NCBI GenBank assembly: GCA_046296715.1
Contig: JBKBIN010000006.1
Coordinates: 1-64,000 of the forward strand
Source of the DNA: Candidatus Ratteibacteria bacterium
GTDB lineage: Bacteria > Ratteibacteria > UBA8468 > B48-G9 > JAFGKM01
Direction of reading: 5' to 3'
DNA: 64,000 bases
The translations under genes and the position numbers were made by a program. This document shows positions 50,427 to 60,424 of the stretch, in pieces. A model generated the notes under the pieces. The model was not told the origin of the DNA and searched no databases. It worked only from the letters and a program-made list of their open reading frames with translations. Position 1 is the first letter of the stretch. Every line of letters begins with the position of its first letter.

Positions 50427-50741
50427 ATGAGCAACTTTTTTATTTTTTTGAAATGGTTGATTATTTATTTTTTTGTAATCTTTATTTTTAGAAAATATCA
50501 AACACCTTACCTTTATTTAATTATTTCATTATGTTTTTTTACTGGGTTTATTTTACGCAAATTTAATCTCTATCCAGGGGAAAGAGAACCTCTTTTACTT
50601 GATTTTTCAACTTTTTTGCTCTCTCTTTTCCTTTTTATTTTAAACAAATTTATTTTAAAGATTGATATAAAAATAAATTTCTTTTTAATTCTTTTACCTC
50701 ATCTTGCTTATAACATATGCAAAATCTTCAAAATTTTTTAA
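50427..50741 (+). CDS. Small hypothetical membrane protein
   Basis: 104-aa hydrophobic ORF directly after thiL; no recognised motif. Confidence 0.5.
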   Translation: MSNFFIFLKWLIIYFFVIFIFRKYQTPYLYLIISLCFFTGFILRKFNLYPGEREPLLLDFSTFLLSLFLFILNKFILKIDIKINFFLILLPHLAYNICKIFKIF

Positions 50742-50763
50742 TGTAAAAAAGAGAAAGGTTATC

Positions 50764-51469
50764 TCATCTATTTTCAACATAAAAAATTTTCGTCTTGTTA
50801 CTTAATATATAGAGCATTAAATAAATCAGCAAATTAAAAAGAAAAAACTTAATCAAAAACAAATCTTCTAATTTGTTATCTATGAAAATTTGTTTCAAAA
50901 AATCAAAAAAAACACCCTATAACCAAAAAATGTGTAAAATTCTCTTCTTATAACATTTTTAAAAGAAAAAGGCAGAGTAGGTTTTTGCCAGTTTTTAAAT
51001 TTAGGTATAATTGCTGGGGTATTTTGATAATATTTTAAAAATTTCTCTCCAGATTTTTCTTTTAAAAATTTTTCTTCTGCCATGATTATGGAAGTATAAT
51101 AAAAAGAAAACAGGATTAAAGAATTATAATAAACCACCAAACTTTTGTGAATAAAACTATACCTAAAAAAATAAAAAAATTCCCAAGATAAATTGGATGT
51201 CTTACAACTGAATAAAGGCCTTTTGTATTGAGAGTTTCGGCTTCCAAAGTACTACTTCTTCCAGATGTCCCTCGTGGTGCATAACCAATTACCAAACAGC
51301 GAATCAATATACCAAAGATAGAAATTAAAAAATATATTGAAAATGCCCCTTTTTTCATAATTTTCTCATAATTTTATAGCAATAAAAAAAGTAAAAAAAT
51401 AAATGGCCAAAAACTTCTCCATCTATAGAAAATCTTACCTAATTTTTCTATATATTCTTTAAATATCAT
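50764..51469 (-). pseudogene. Multiply frameshifted isoprenylcysteine-carboxyl-methyltransferase-family (LmtA-like) membrane methyltransferase
   Basis: Four consecutive fragments: MIFKEY..FYRWRSFWP; GTSGR..LNTKGLYSVVRHPIYLGN; IMAEEKFL..TPAIIP..FSFKNVIRRE; ..NKTKIFYVENR*. Confidence 0.8.
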
Positions 51470-51477
51470 TTACCCTT

Positions 51478-52080
51478 CTATTTATACTTACTTAAATCAA
51501 ACTCAAAAACACACTCTTTTTCCTCTTCATTTTCATATGGCTTAAAAACTGCTATAAGTTTAATCTTTGCATCCTTAGGTATCCCTTTATTTGAAAATTT
51601 AACCTCACCTTCTGAAATATGGTAATAGTCCCTTGTAAATTGTGAATAAGGACTCATATAAGAAGAAAGTGGGTGTATTTTTTTATTATTATACTCTAAA
51701 TAAAACTTTGCAGTTCTTCCAAATGTAGGATAATTTCCAAATAAAACAACTTTAAAATGGAGTTTGTCACAAAAATCTTTTAAAGCCATATTTACAATTT
51801 TCATATTTACTTTTTGGTGTTTTTCCGCTGCATTTTTTGAAATTAAGGCAACTCTTAAAAATGGAGTTATTAATGTCGCTCTTCCCTTCCCATATTCATA
51901 CTCATAACCAACTGACCATTTTTCTGTAAATTCAGTAAAAGTAAGAGTGGCTTTTTCTTTACCATAATTAATTGCTTGATTTATTTCTTCAGGACTTAAA
52001 ACTTCTTCCAAATTAACTTTTTCTTTACTGCAACTAAATAAAAAGATAACAATAACTCCAAAAAATAATATTCTCTTCAC
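51478..52080 (-). CDS. Hypothetical lipoprotein
   Basis: GTG start behind SD AGGAG; signal peptide ending in lipobox LFSC. Confidence 0.75.
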   Translation of the reverse strand: MKRILFFGVIVIFLFSCSKEKVNLEEVLSPEEINQAINYGKEKATLTFTEFTEKWSVGYEYEYGKGRATLITPFLRVALISKNAAEKHQKVNMKIVNMALKDFCDKLHFKVVLFGNYPTFGRTAKFYLEYNNKKIHPLSSYMSPYSQFTRDYYHISEGEVKFSNKGIPKDAKIKLIAVFKPYENEEEKECVFEFDLSKYK

Positions 52081-52169
52081 TTTTACTCCTTTTTTCTTTT
52101 ATTATTTTACCTTGTTCTTTATTAAAATCAACTTTTATAGTAAAATAAATTTTCAAAAGGAAGAAAAAA

Positions 52170-53699
52170 ATGGAAAAAATTATAATATTTGATACGACTT
52201 TGAGAGATGGAGAACAATCTCCAGGAGCAAGTTTAACAAGTGATGAGAAATTAAAAATAGCTTTTCAACTTGAAAAACTTGGTGTTGATATAATTGAAGC
52301 AGGATTTCCTATTTCAAGTTCTGATGATGCAAAAGCAGTAAGAATCATAGGAGAAAATATCAAAAATTCAATTGTCTGTGCTCTTGCAAGGTGTAAAGAT
52401 GAAGATATAGATGTTGCTTTAAAAGCACTTGAAAAAGCAAAAAAACCCCGCCTACATCTATTCCTTGCTACAAGTGAAATTCATATGAAATACAAATTAA
52501 AAAAAGCAAAAGATGAGATAGTAAAAATAGCAAGGGAAAAAGTAAGATATGCAAAAAAATTTATTGATGATATTGAGTTTTCACCAGAAGATGCTACAAG
52601 AACAGAACCAAATTTTTTGCTCCAAGTATGTCAAGCAGCAATAGAAGAAGGAGCAAAAACAATCAATATTCCTGATACAGTTGGATATGCTATCCCTGAA
52701 GAATTTGGAAAATTAATAAAATTTTTAAAAGAAAATTTACCAAAGGAAATAATTATAAGTGTTCATTGTCATAATGATTTAGGGCTTGCAGTAAGTAATT
52801 CTCTATGTGCTATTTTAAATGGAGCAAGGCAGGTAGAATGTACAATAAATGGAATTGGAGAAAGAGCAGGAAATGCTTCTCTTGAGGAAATAGTTATGAA
52901 TCTTGTCATTAGAAAAAATTATTATAAGGTTGAAACGAATATAAAAACAGAAGAGATTTATAAAACAAGTCGTCTTGTTTCAACATTAACAGGAATTCCT
53001 GTTCAACCTAATAAAGCAATAGTTGGAAAAAATGCGTTTAGACATGAAGCAGGTATTCATCAAGATGGAATTTTGAAATATAGAAAAACTTATGAAATTA
53101 TAGATCCAAAAATGATAGGAATTCCTGAAAGTGAACTTGTTCTTGGAAAACATTCAGGAAGGCATGCTTTAAAAGAGAGACTGAAAGTTTTGGGATTTGA
53201 ATTTGAAGATGAAAAATTTGAAAAAATTTTTGAAAAATTTAAAAAACTTGCTGAAAAGAAAAAAGAGATACATGATGCTGATCTAATAGCAATAGCAGAG
53301 GAAGAATTTTCATTAATAAAGCCAATTTATACACTTGAATATTTTCATATAGTTTCTGGTTCTTCTACAATTCCATCTGCAACTGTAAGATTGAAAAAGG
53401 AAGGGAAAATTATAGAAGATGCCTCAAGAGGAGATGGACCAGTAGATGCTCTTTACAAGGCAATAGACAGAATAATAAAAATCTCTCCTGTTTTAAAAGA
53501 ATACAAAATCAATGCAATTACAGGAGGAAAAGATGCTCAAGGAGAAGTAAATGTTACATTAGAAATACAAGGAAAAATTTTTTATGGAAAAGGAGTGAGT
53601 ACCGATATAATAGAAGCAAGTGGTAAAGCATATATAAATGCAATAAATTTCTATTTATCCAGAAAAATGATAGAAAAGAAAAAATTGAAAGGAACATAA
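52170..53699 (+). CDS. leuA: 2-isopropylmalate synthase
   Basis: DTTLRDGEQSPG, HCHNDLGLA, GIGERAGNA and HEAGIHQDG motifs; C-terminal regulatory domain GDGPVDA. Confidence 0.96.
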   Translation: MEKIIIFDTTLRDGEQSPGASLTSDEKLKIAFQLEKLGVDIIEAGFPISSSDDAKAVRIIGENIKNSIVCALARCKDEDIDVALKALEKAKKPRLHLFLATSEIHMKYKLKKAKDEIVKIAREKVRYAKKFIDDIEFSPEDATRTEPNFLLQVCQAAIEEGAKTINIPDTVGYAIPEEFGKLIKFLKENLPKEIIISVHCHNDLGLAVSNSLCAILNGARQVECTINGIGERAGNASLEEIVMNLVIRKNYYKVETNIKTEEIYKTSRLVSTLTGIPVQPNKAIVGKNAFRHEAGIHQDGILKYRKTYEIIDPKMIGIPESELVLGKHSGRHALKERLKVLGFEFEDEKFEKIFEKFKKLAEKKKEIHDADLIAIAEEEFSLIKPIYTLEYFHIVSGSSTIPSATVRLKKEGKIIEDASRGDGPVDALYKAIDRIIKISPVLKEYKINAITGGKDAQGEVNVTLEIQGKIFYGKGVSTDIIEASGKAYINAINFYLSRKMIEKKKLKGT

Positions 53700-53700
53700 T

Positions 53701-54957
53701 ATGACGATTTCAGAGAAAATACTTTCAAAACATTGTGGTAAAAAAGAAATTTTTCCAGGAGAATATATTGAGGCATTTGTTGATTTGATTCTTGCAAATG
53801 ATATAACAGGTCCTCTCGCAATAGAAGAATTTGAAAAAACTGGAGCAAAAAATGTTTTTAATCCTGAAAAAATTGTTCTTGTTCCAGACCATTTTACTCC
53901 CTGTAAGGATATAAAAAGTGCTGAACTTGTTAAAAAATTGAGAGAATTTGCCAAAAAACATAAAGTAAGATTTTATGAAATAGGAAAGGTAGGGATAGAA
54001 CATGCACTTCTACCAGAAGAGGGACTAACTTTACCAGGACAACTTATTATTGGAGCAGACAGTCATACATGTACTTATGGAGCAGTTGGTGCTTTTTCAA
54101 CAGGGGTTGGAAGTTCCGATGTTGCCTATGCAATGATTACTGGAAAATTATGGTTTAAAGTTCCAGAGACGATAAAATTTTTTTATTATGGTAAACTTAA
54201 TAAATTTGTAGGTGGAAAGGATTTAATTTTATATACAATTGCAAAAATAGGAGTTGATGGAGCAAATTATAAAAGTATGGAATTTACAGGACCTACTATT
54301 GAAAACTTACCAATTGATGATAGATTCACAATTTGTAATATGGCAATTGAAGCGGGTGGAAAAAATGGAATAATAAAACCTGATTTAATAACAGAAAAAT
54401 ATTTAAGAGAAATAGGAATAAATTCCAAAATTGATAAAAATTTAAAATCAGATAGCGATAAAGATTATATAAAAATTGTTGAAATAGATGTAAGTAAAAT
54501 AGAACCACAAGTTGCTGCTCCTTATTTACCAAGTAATTCAAAAAGTGTTAGAGAATACGAGAATATAAAGATTGATCAGGTTGTTATAGGTTCCTGTACA
54601 AATGGAAGAATAAGTGATTTAAGAAAAGCAGCAAATATTTTGAAAGGCAAAAAAGTTCATCCAGAAGTAAGGTGTATAATTATTCCTGCAACTCAGAAAG
54701 TTTATGTCCAAGCGTTAAAAGAAGGACTTATAGAAATTTTTCTTTCATCTGGCTGTGTTATAAGTCCTCCTACTTGTGGTCCATGTCTTGGAGGTCATAT
54801 GGGAGTTCTTGCAAAAGGAGAAGTAGCAATAGCAACAACTAATAGAAATTTCATAGGAAGAATGGGACATCCTGAAAGTTATGTTTATCTTTCAAATCCT
54901 GAAGTTGCTGCAGCAAGTGCTATCAAAGGAAAAATAGTTCATCCAGAGGAAATATAG
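53701..54957 (+). CDS. leuC: 3-isopropylmalate dehydratase large subunit
   Basis: GADSHTCTYGA, GSCTNGR, CGPCLGGH and TNRNF.GRMG motifs. Confidence 0.95.
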   Translation: MTISEKILSKHCGKKEIFPGEYIEAFVDLILANDITGPLAIEEFEKTGAKNVFNPEKIVLVPDHFTPCKDIKSAELVKKLREFAKKHKVRFYEIGKVGIEHALLPEEGLTLPGQLIIGADSHTCTYGAVGAFSTGVGSSDVAYAMITGKLWFKVPETIKFFYYGKLNKFVGGKDLILYTIAKIGVDGANYKSMEFTGPTIENLPIDDRFTICNMAIEAGGKNGIIKPDLITEKYLREIGINSKIDKNLKSDSDKDYIKIVEIDVSKIEPQVAAPYLPSNSKSVREYENIKIDQVVIGSCTNGRISDLRKAANILKGKKVHPEVRCIIIPATQKVYVQALKEGLIEIFLSSGCVISPPTCGPCLGGHMGVLAKGEVAIATTNRNFIGRMGHPESYVYLSNPEVAAASAIKGKIVHPEEI

Positions 54958-54959
54958 AT

Positions 54960-55973
54960 ATGGACTGGTATAAAAAGGATATTTTTTTAAAAATAATTAG
55001 AAGAAAAGGTGATGGATTCGTTCCTTGTAGAGTAAGTATAAATGGTTTTATATGGGACCAAAATTCAGAATATTTTGAAAATTTAAAAAAAGAGTGCCCA
55101 GATGTTCAAATTGGAGCAAGTAAAGATCCCTCAAGGGAAAAAGAAAATTTTAAGGAAGACGAATGGGGTTGTCTGTGGCATTATCCGGGAAAATATCTTG
55201 ATGGTCAGGTTGTAAAACATCCTCTTTTTGACTGGTTTTTATTTGATACTTATAGAGTTCCTGATCCATTAAAGTATAAAAACTGGGAAGTTATAAAAAA
55301 TAATGTAGAAAAAGAAAAAAAAGAAGGAAAAATTGTAGGTCTTGGAATTGAACATGGTTTTTTTTACCTGCGCCTTACATACTTAAGAGGATTTGAAAAT
55401 TTTATGATTGATATTGCAACTGAAGAACCAAAAATAAAAAAACTTATAGAAATTTTAACGGAATACTGGAAGGTAATCATAAAAAAATATATTGAATTTG
55501 AACCTGACATAATCTATTTTGGCGACGATCTTGGGCATCAAAATTCTCTACCTATAAGTCCTTCTAAATGGCGTAGTTTAATAAAACCATCTTATAAAGA
55601 AATTTTTTCCATCTGCAGAAGAAAAAATATTGAAGTTTATTTACATACAGATGGATATATTGTTGATATTATTCCTGATCTTATTGAAAGTGGTGTTACT
55701 ATTTTAAATCCACAGGATTTAGTTAATGGAATAGATAATCTTGAAAAGATGGCAAAAGGAAAAGTCACTATCGATCTTGATATAGATAGACAGAAAATAA
55801 CTGTCTTTGGCAAAAAACAAGAAATTGACCAGCATATAAAAAATTCAATAGAAAAACTTGGTTCAAAACAAGGAGGACTTTTACTAATATATGGCGCATA
55901 TCCAGGAACACCCGTTGAAAACATAGTTCAGGTTGTAAAATCAATGCAAAAGTATTGTAAAATATGGTGTTAA
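54960..55973 (+). CDS. Uroporphyrinogen decarboxylase / MtaA-like methyltransferase family protein (paralog of 46410)
   Basis: DEWGC.W, LRGFENFMIDIAT, FGDDLGHQ and LHTDG motifs. Confidence 0.82.
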   Translation: MDWYKKDIFLKIIRRKGDGFVPCRVSINGFIWDQNSEYFENLKKECPDVQIGASKDPSREKENFKEDEWGCLWHYPGKYLDGQVVKHPLFDWFLFDTYRVPDPLKYKNWEVIKNNVEKEKKEGKIVGLGIEHGFFYLRLTYLRGFENFMIDIATEEPKIKKLIEILTEYWKVIIKKYIEFEPDIIYFGDDLGHQNSLPISPSKWRSLIKPSYKEIFSICRRKNIEVYLHTDGYIVDIIPDLIESGVTILNPQDLVNGIDNLEKMAKGKVTIDLDIDRQKITVFGKKQEIDQHIKNSIEKLGSKQGGLLLIYGAYPGTPVENIVQVVKSMQKYCKIWC

Positions 55974-55986
55974 ATAGGAGAAAAAA

Positions 55987-56481
55987 ATGAAAATAAGAGG
56001 AACTGTCTGGAAATTTGGAGATCATATAAATACAGATGATATAATTGCTGCAAGATATTTAAATACAACAGACAAAAATCAACTTGCTTGTCATTGTTTT
56101 GAAACAATAAGGCCCCAATTTTCTAAAAATATAAAAAAGGGAGATATTATAGTTGCAGGAGAAAATTTTGGTTGTGGAAGTAGTAGAGAGCATGCACCTA
56201 TTGCAATTAAAAGTTGTGGAATAAGTGTTGTTATTGCAAAAAGTTTTGCAAGAATATTTTTTAGAAATTCAATAAATATTGGTCTTCCTTTGATTGAACT
56301 CAAAGAAGTGGATGAGATAAATGAAGGAGATATAATAGAAGTTGATTTAGTTAAAGGATTGATTAAAAATTTAAAGACAGGAAAAAAATATAAGTTTGAT
56401 AAATATCCTACTTTTCTCCAAAAGATTATCCAAAATGGAGGACTAATGAATTTGGCAAAAAAAATAATGGAATCAAAATGA
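55987..56481 (+). CDS. leuD: 3-isopropylmalate dehydratase small subunit
   Basis: [18 protein letters not shown] and SFARIFFRN motifs. Confidence 0.95.
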   Translation: MKIRGTVWKFGDHINTDDIIAARYLNTTDKNQLACHCFETIRPQFSKNIKKGDIIVAGENFGCGSSREHAPIAIKSCGISVVIAKSFARIFFRNSINIGLPLIELKEVDEINEGDIIEVDLVKGLIKNLKTGKKYKFDKYPTFLQKIIQNGGLMNLAKKIMESK

Positions 56482-57761
56482 AAATAATAAAAACAAATCT
56501 TAATTTTGAAATAGAAGAATTTAAAAAACCACTTGGGTTTAAAGGGAAATTTTTAAAAAGTGCATGGCAAACAATAACTTATCTTAAAAGTGAAAATAAT
56601 TTTTCAATAGGCCTTGGGACTCAAAGTGTTTTATGGGCAGATAGTAATGTTTTTGAAGAAAATAGTGAAACTGGTGGAAATGTCTTAATGTTTGCAGTTA
56701 CTCAATATGCTTTAAAAATTTTAAAAGGAAAAGAAATAAAAAATCCAATTAGTACATTTGAAGAAATTTTTGATAATGTTCATCAATATGCAAAAAAAAT
56801 AACAGGAAGGAATGATTTAAGAGAAACATTTACTTTAAACTCTCTTGTTCCTGTTGATAATGCCTTATGGATTTTATATGCAAAGGAAAATAAAATAAAA
56901 AATTTTTTTGAACTAATTCCTAAACAATACCGTAGTCCTTTTAAAGACAGACACGATAAAATTGGGTGTATTCCTTTAATTTCTTATGCCGTTTCTATTG
57001 AAGAAATAGAAGAGATGATAAAAAAAGGTTTTTTCGTTTTAAAAATAAAAATTGGAGCAGATCCAGAAAATGATGGAGATAGAGAAAAAATGCTTATGTG
57101 GGATATGGAAAGAATAAAAACAATACATGAAAGGTTTAAGGATTATCCATGTGAATATACAAAAAATTGGAAATTACCTTATTATTTTGACGCAAATGGA
57201 AGATATGATACAAAAGAAAGACTAAAAAAACTTATTGATTTTATTGATAAGATTGGTGCACTTGAACAGGTAATTATAATAGAAGAACCATTTCCTGAAG
57301 AACTTGAAATAGATGTTAGTGATTTACCTGTAAGAATTATTGCCGATGAAAGTGTCCATACAGATAAAGATATAGTTAAAAGAAGCCAGATGGGATATAA
57401 AGGAGTTGCTTTAAAGCCTATAGCAAAGACACTAAGTATGACTTTAAAAATTATAAATGAAGCTGAAAAAAGAAATATGGTTTACTTTTGTGCAGATTTA
57501 ACTGTTATACCCGCACTTTCCGAATGGAATAAGATATTTTCTTCAGGCATAAAGACAATTCCAGAACTAAAAATTCCTGTTGTTGAATCAAATGGATTTC
57601 AATATTATAAAAATTGGGAAAAACTTGTAAAATACCATCCTTATTATGGAAAAAAATGGGTTTTGCCAGAAAACGGAATTTTTAAACTTGATGATGAATT
57701 TTATAAAGTAAGTGCTGGAATATTTGATATTTCTGAACATTATAAAAATCTTGTAACATAA
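56478..57761 (+). CDS. Enolase superfamily (mandelate racemase / Ala-Glu epimerase-like) protein
   Basis: KIKIG (KxK), FDANG, IEEP and ADES metal ligands; ALKP. Confidence 0.8.
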   Translation: MKIIKTNLNFEIEEFKKPLGFKGKFLKSAWQTITYLKSENNFSIGLGTQSVLWADSNVFEENSETGGNVLMFAVTQYALKILKGKEIKNPISTFEEIFDNVHQYAKKITGRNDLRETFTLNSLVPVDNALWILYAKENKIKNFFELIPKQYRSPFKDRHDKIGCIPLISYAVSIEEIEEMIKKGFFVLKIKIGADPENDGDREKMLMWDMERIKTIHERFKDYPCEYTKNWKLPYYFDANGRYDTKERLKKLIDFIDKIGALEQVIIIEEPFPEELEIDVSDLPVRIIADESVHTDKDIVKRSQMGYKGVALKPIAKTLSMTLKIINEAEKRNMVYFCADLTVIPALSEWNKIFSSGIKTIPELKIPVVESNGFQYYKNWEKLVKYHPYYGKKWVLPENGIFKLDDEFYKVSAGIFDISEHYKNLVT

Positions 57762-57774
57762 AAAGGAGTAGATT

Positions 57775-58848
57775 ATGGGAAAAACATATAAAATAGGTGT
57801 AATTGGTGGTGATGGAATAGGTCCTGAAATTATAAAAGAGGGTGTGAAAGTTTTAAAATCAGTTAGTGAGGTATGTGATTTTAAACTTGAATTTATTGAA
57901 TATGATTTTGGAGGTGAAAGATATTTGAAAACAGGCGAGATATTACCTGATAGTGCTATTGAAGAATTTAGAAAACTTGATGCAATATATCTCGGTGCTG
58001 TAGGTCATCCAGATGTTCCACCTGGTGTACTTGAAAAAGGAATATTATTAAAAATAAGATTTGAACTTGACCAGTATATAAACTTAAGACCTGTAAAATT
58101 ATATCCAGGAGTTGATTGTCCATTAAAGAATAAAGGTCCAGAAGATATTGATTATGTAGTTGTAAGAGAAAACACTGAAGGATTATATTGTGGAATTGGA
58201 GGAAATTTTAAAAAAGGAACACCTGACGAAATTGCTACACAACTTTCAATAAATACAAGAAAGGGAGTTGAAAGATGTATAAGATATGCTTTTCAACTTG
58301 CAAAGAAAAGAAATAAAAAGAAATCATTAACAGTTGTTGATAAAGCAAATGTTTTAACTTATGAGGGAGATTTATGGAGAAGGGTAGCAGTTGAAGTTTC
58401 AAAAGAATTTCCAGATATTAAACTTGATTTTGCTTTTGTTGATGCTACTTGTATGTGGATGGTTAAAAATCCTGAATGGTTTGATGTTATAGTTACAAAT
58501 AATATGTTTGGAGATATAATAACTGACCTTGGAGCGATAACTCAAGGTGGACTGGGAATAGCAGCAGGTGGAAATATAAATCCTAATGGAGTAAGTATGT
58601 TTGAACCAATACATGGTTCTGCACCAAAATATGCTGGTAAAAATATTGCCTGTCCTCTTGCAACGATTTCTGCTGGTGGAATGATGCTTGAATTTCTTGG
58701 CCAAACGCAGGCGGCAAATTTAATAGAAAAAGCAATTGTAAAAGCATTATCAGAAAAATATATTAAGTCACTTGAAGCAGGAAAGATGGGAATGACTACA
58801 AACCAAGTAGGTGACTTAATAGCAAAATTTGTAAAAGAAATAAAATAA
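57775..58848 (+). CDS. leuB: 3-isopropylmalate dehydrogenase
   Basis: [34 protein letters not shown] and FEPIHGSAP motifs; leu gene context. Confidence 0.92.
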   Translation: MGKTYKIGVIGGDGIGPEIIKEGVKVLKSVSEVCDFKLEFIEYDFGGERYLKTGEILPDSAIEEFRKLDAIYLGAVGHPDVPPGVLEKGILLKIRFELDQYINLRPVKLYPGVDCPLKNKGPEDIDYVVVRENTEGLYCGIGGNFKKGTPDEIATQLSINTRKGVERCIRYAFQLAKKRNKKKSLTVVDKANVLTYEGDLWRRVAVEVSKEFPDIKLDFAFVDATCMWMVKNPEWFDVIVTNNMFGDIITDLGAITQGGLGIAAGGNINPNGVSMFEPIHGSAPKYAGKNIACPLATISAGGMMLEFLGQTQAANLIEKAIVKALSEKYIKSLEAGKMGMTTNQVGDLIAKFVKEIK

Positions 58849-58851
58849 ACC

Positions 58852-58880
58852 TTTTCAATTAATTTTCGTCTATATATAAT
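58852..58880 (+). promoter_or_regulatory. Putative sigma70 promoter whose -10 box overlaps the left inverted repeat
   Basis: TTTTCA(58852-58857)-17bp-TATAAT(58875-58880). Confidence 0.55.
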
Positions 58881-59351
58881 GGACTGGCACCAGAAAAATA
58901 AAGCAAGGAGGTGAAAAAAATGAAAAGAATTATGACAATTTTAAGTGGTCTTGTGTTTATCCTCTCAACTTGTGTTTCAATTTATGCTGTTGAAACTCCT
59001 ACAAAAGAAGAAAAACCAAAGGTTGAACAAGCCGCTCCTGTAAAAGAGAAAGTAAAACCAAATGTTAAACATACTTATGGAGAAATAACTTGTTTAGATC
59101 TTGAAAAAAATATAGTAACAATTAAACAAGAAGATGGAACAGAATTAACTCTTAAAGCAACGACAGAAAAAACTAAAGATATGTTAAAAGAATTAAAAGT
59201 AGGAGATAAAGTTAAAGCAGGATATATTAAAAGTGAAGAAGAATTAATTATACTTAAAATTTTCAAACCAGAAGCAATAAGAAAAGAAAAACCAAAAAAG
59301 AAGTAAATTTAAAAATTTCCCTACCTTCTGGTTCTGGTGCCAGTCCATTAT
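58876..59351. repeat. Perfect 20-bp inverted repeat (58876-58895 / 59332-59351) bracketing one gene
   Basis: ATAATGGACTGGCACCAGAA ... TTCTGGTGCCAGTCCATTAT. Confidence 0.95.
58920..59306 (+). CDS. Small secreted protein with probable OB-fold
   Basis: SD AAGGAGGT before ATG 58920; signal peptide ending SIYA; GEI..LD....VTI..DG....L..LKVGDKV...Y pattern. Confidence 0.78.
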   Translation: MKRIMTILSGLVFILSTCVSIYAVETPTKEEKPKVEQAAPVKEKVKPNVKHTYGEITCLDLEKNIVTIKQEDGTELTLKATTEKTKDMLKELKVGDKVKAGYIKSEEELIILKIFKPEAIRKEKPKKK

Positions 59352-60424
59352 TTTAAAGAGAGCAAAGTTGGTAAAAGGCCATCTATTGGATTAAAAAATA
59401 ATTCATAAATCACTTTTTCAAATTTATCACCTTTTTGCTTTATAAATGGCTTTTTTACTTTCCCAAGGATATAACTCAAAATTTGAACACAGTTGGCTCC
59501 GCTTTCCATATACTGATATATATGTTTTCCTTTATAAATACCGCCGGTACCAGAAATAGAAAATTCAGGATAACTATTCCTAACTTCTCTTATAACTTTT
59601 AAATTTCTTTCTCTTAATTCTTCTCCACCCCATGCTCCATTTATCTCTTCTTTAAAAATTCTGTTTCCTATAACAATTCCATCTGCTTTCCCCTGTATAG
59701 CTGCCTCAACCATCTTAACTTGAAAGTCAATACCATAATCAAGATTTATAAGTTTTGGAAAAACAACAATGTCAGAGAATTCATCTTTTAAAATTTGTGG
59801 TATCTCTCTATATATCCTTAAGATATTTTCTTTTTCAACAATTTCTCTTTCAATTTTCAAACCCGGACAAAAATCTATTTCAAAAAATCTATATCCAATC
59901 TCATAGAGTTTTTTTACTGTATATATCCACTCTTCTTTTTTAATTTCTTGATTTTTCTCGGGAAAATGAGATAAAACAGAAGACACAATTAAAAAATTGT
60001 TATTATTAAAAGAAATTGCTTCTTTAGCAAATTCTAAATAATTTTTTAAATCCCTTATATCTGCTCTTCCGTTCCATAAAATTATTGGAAAAGCACCTTC
60101 TTTATCAAAATCTTCATAAACTGTCTTTAAAAATGTCATACTCTTCCTATACCTTACCATTGAACAATTACCTCTTTCATCTTCTCCGACAACTGATTTT
60201 AAAACACAACCAGAATATCCTGCATTTTTTATCCTCTCTATCTGCTGTCTTTCTCTTGTTAATTGACCAGGTGCTACTAAAACAGGATGAGAAAGCTTAA
60301 ATTTCCCATAGAAAGCATTAAATTCAATATCAAGTTGTTCTTTAATAATTTCAGAAAATTTTTCATCTATTGAATGTTCAAGATAATATTCTTGAAGTTC
60401 TTTTAATTTTTTTTCAATTTTCAT
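59348..60424 (-). CDS. Divergent dihydroorotate/dihydropyrimidine dehydrogenase-like FMN TIM-barrel protein
   Basis: VLKSV, EIDFCP, PKL, ADGIVIGN and SGTGGI....GANCVQI motifs; start MKIEK at 60424. Confidence 0.7.
   Translation of the reverse strand: MKIEKKLKELQEYYLEHSIDEKFSEIIKEQLDIEFNAFYGKFKLSHPVLVAPGQLTRERQQIERIKNAGYSGCVLKSVVGEDERGNCSMVRYRKSMTFLKTVYEDFDKEGAFPIILWNGRADIRDLKNYLEFAKEAISFNNNNFLIVSSVLSHFPEKNQEIKKEEWIYTVKKLYEIGYRFFEIDFCPGLKIEREIVEKENILRIYREIPQILKDEFSDIVVFPKLINLDYGIDFQVKMVEAAIQGKADGIVIGNRIFKEEINGAWGGEELRERNLKVIREVRNSYPEFSISGTGGIYKGKHIYQYMESGANCVQILSYILGKVKKPFIKQKGDKFEKVIYELFFNPIDGLLPTLLSLK

Noticed and set aside
58911..58919. GTG start at 58911 given in the ORF track
   Set aside because: The GTG is part of the SD (AGGAGGTG); ATG 58920 has the proper spacing
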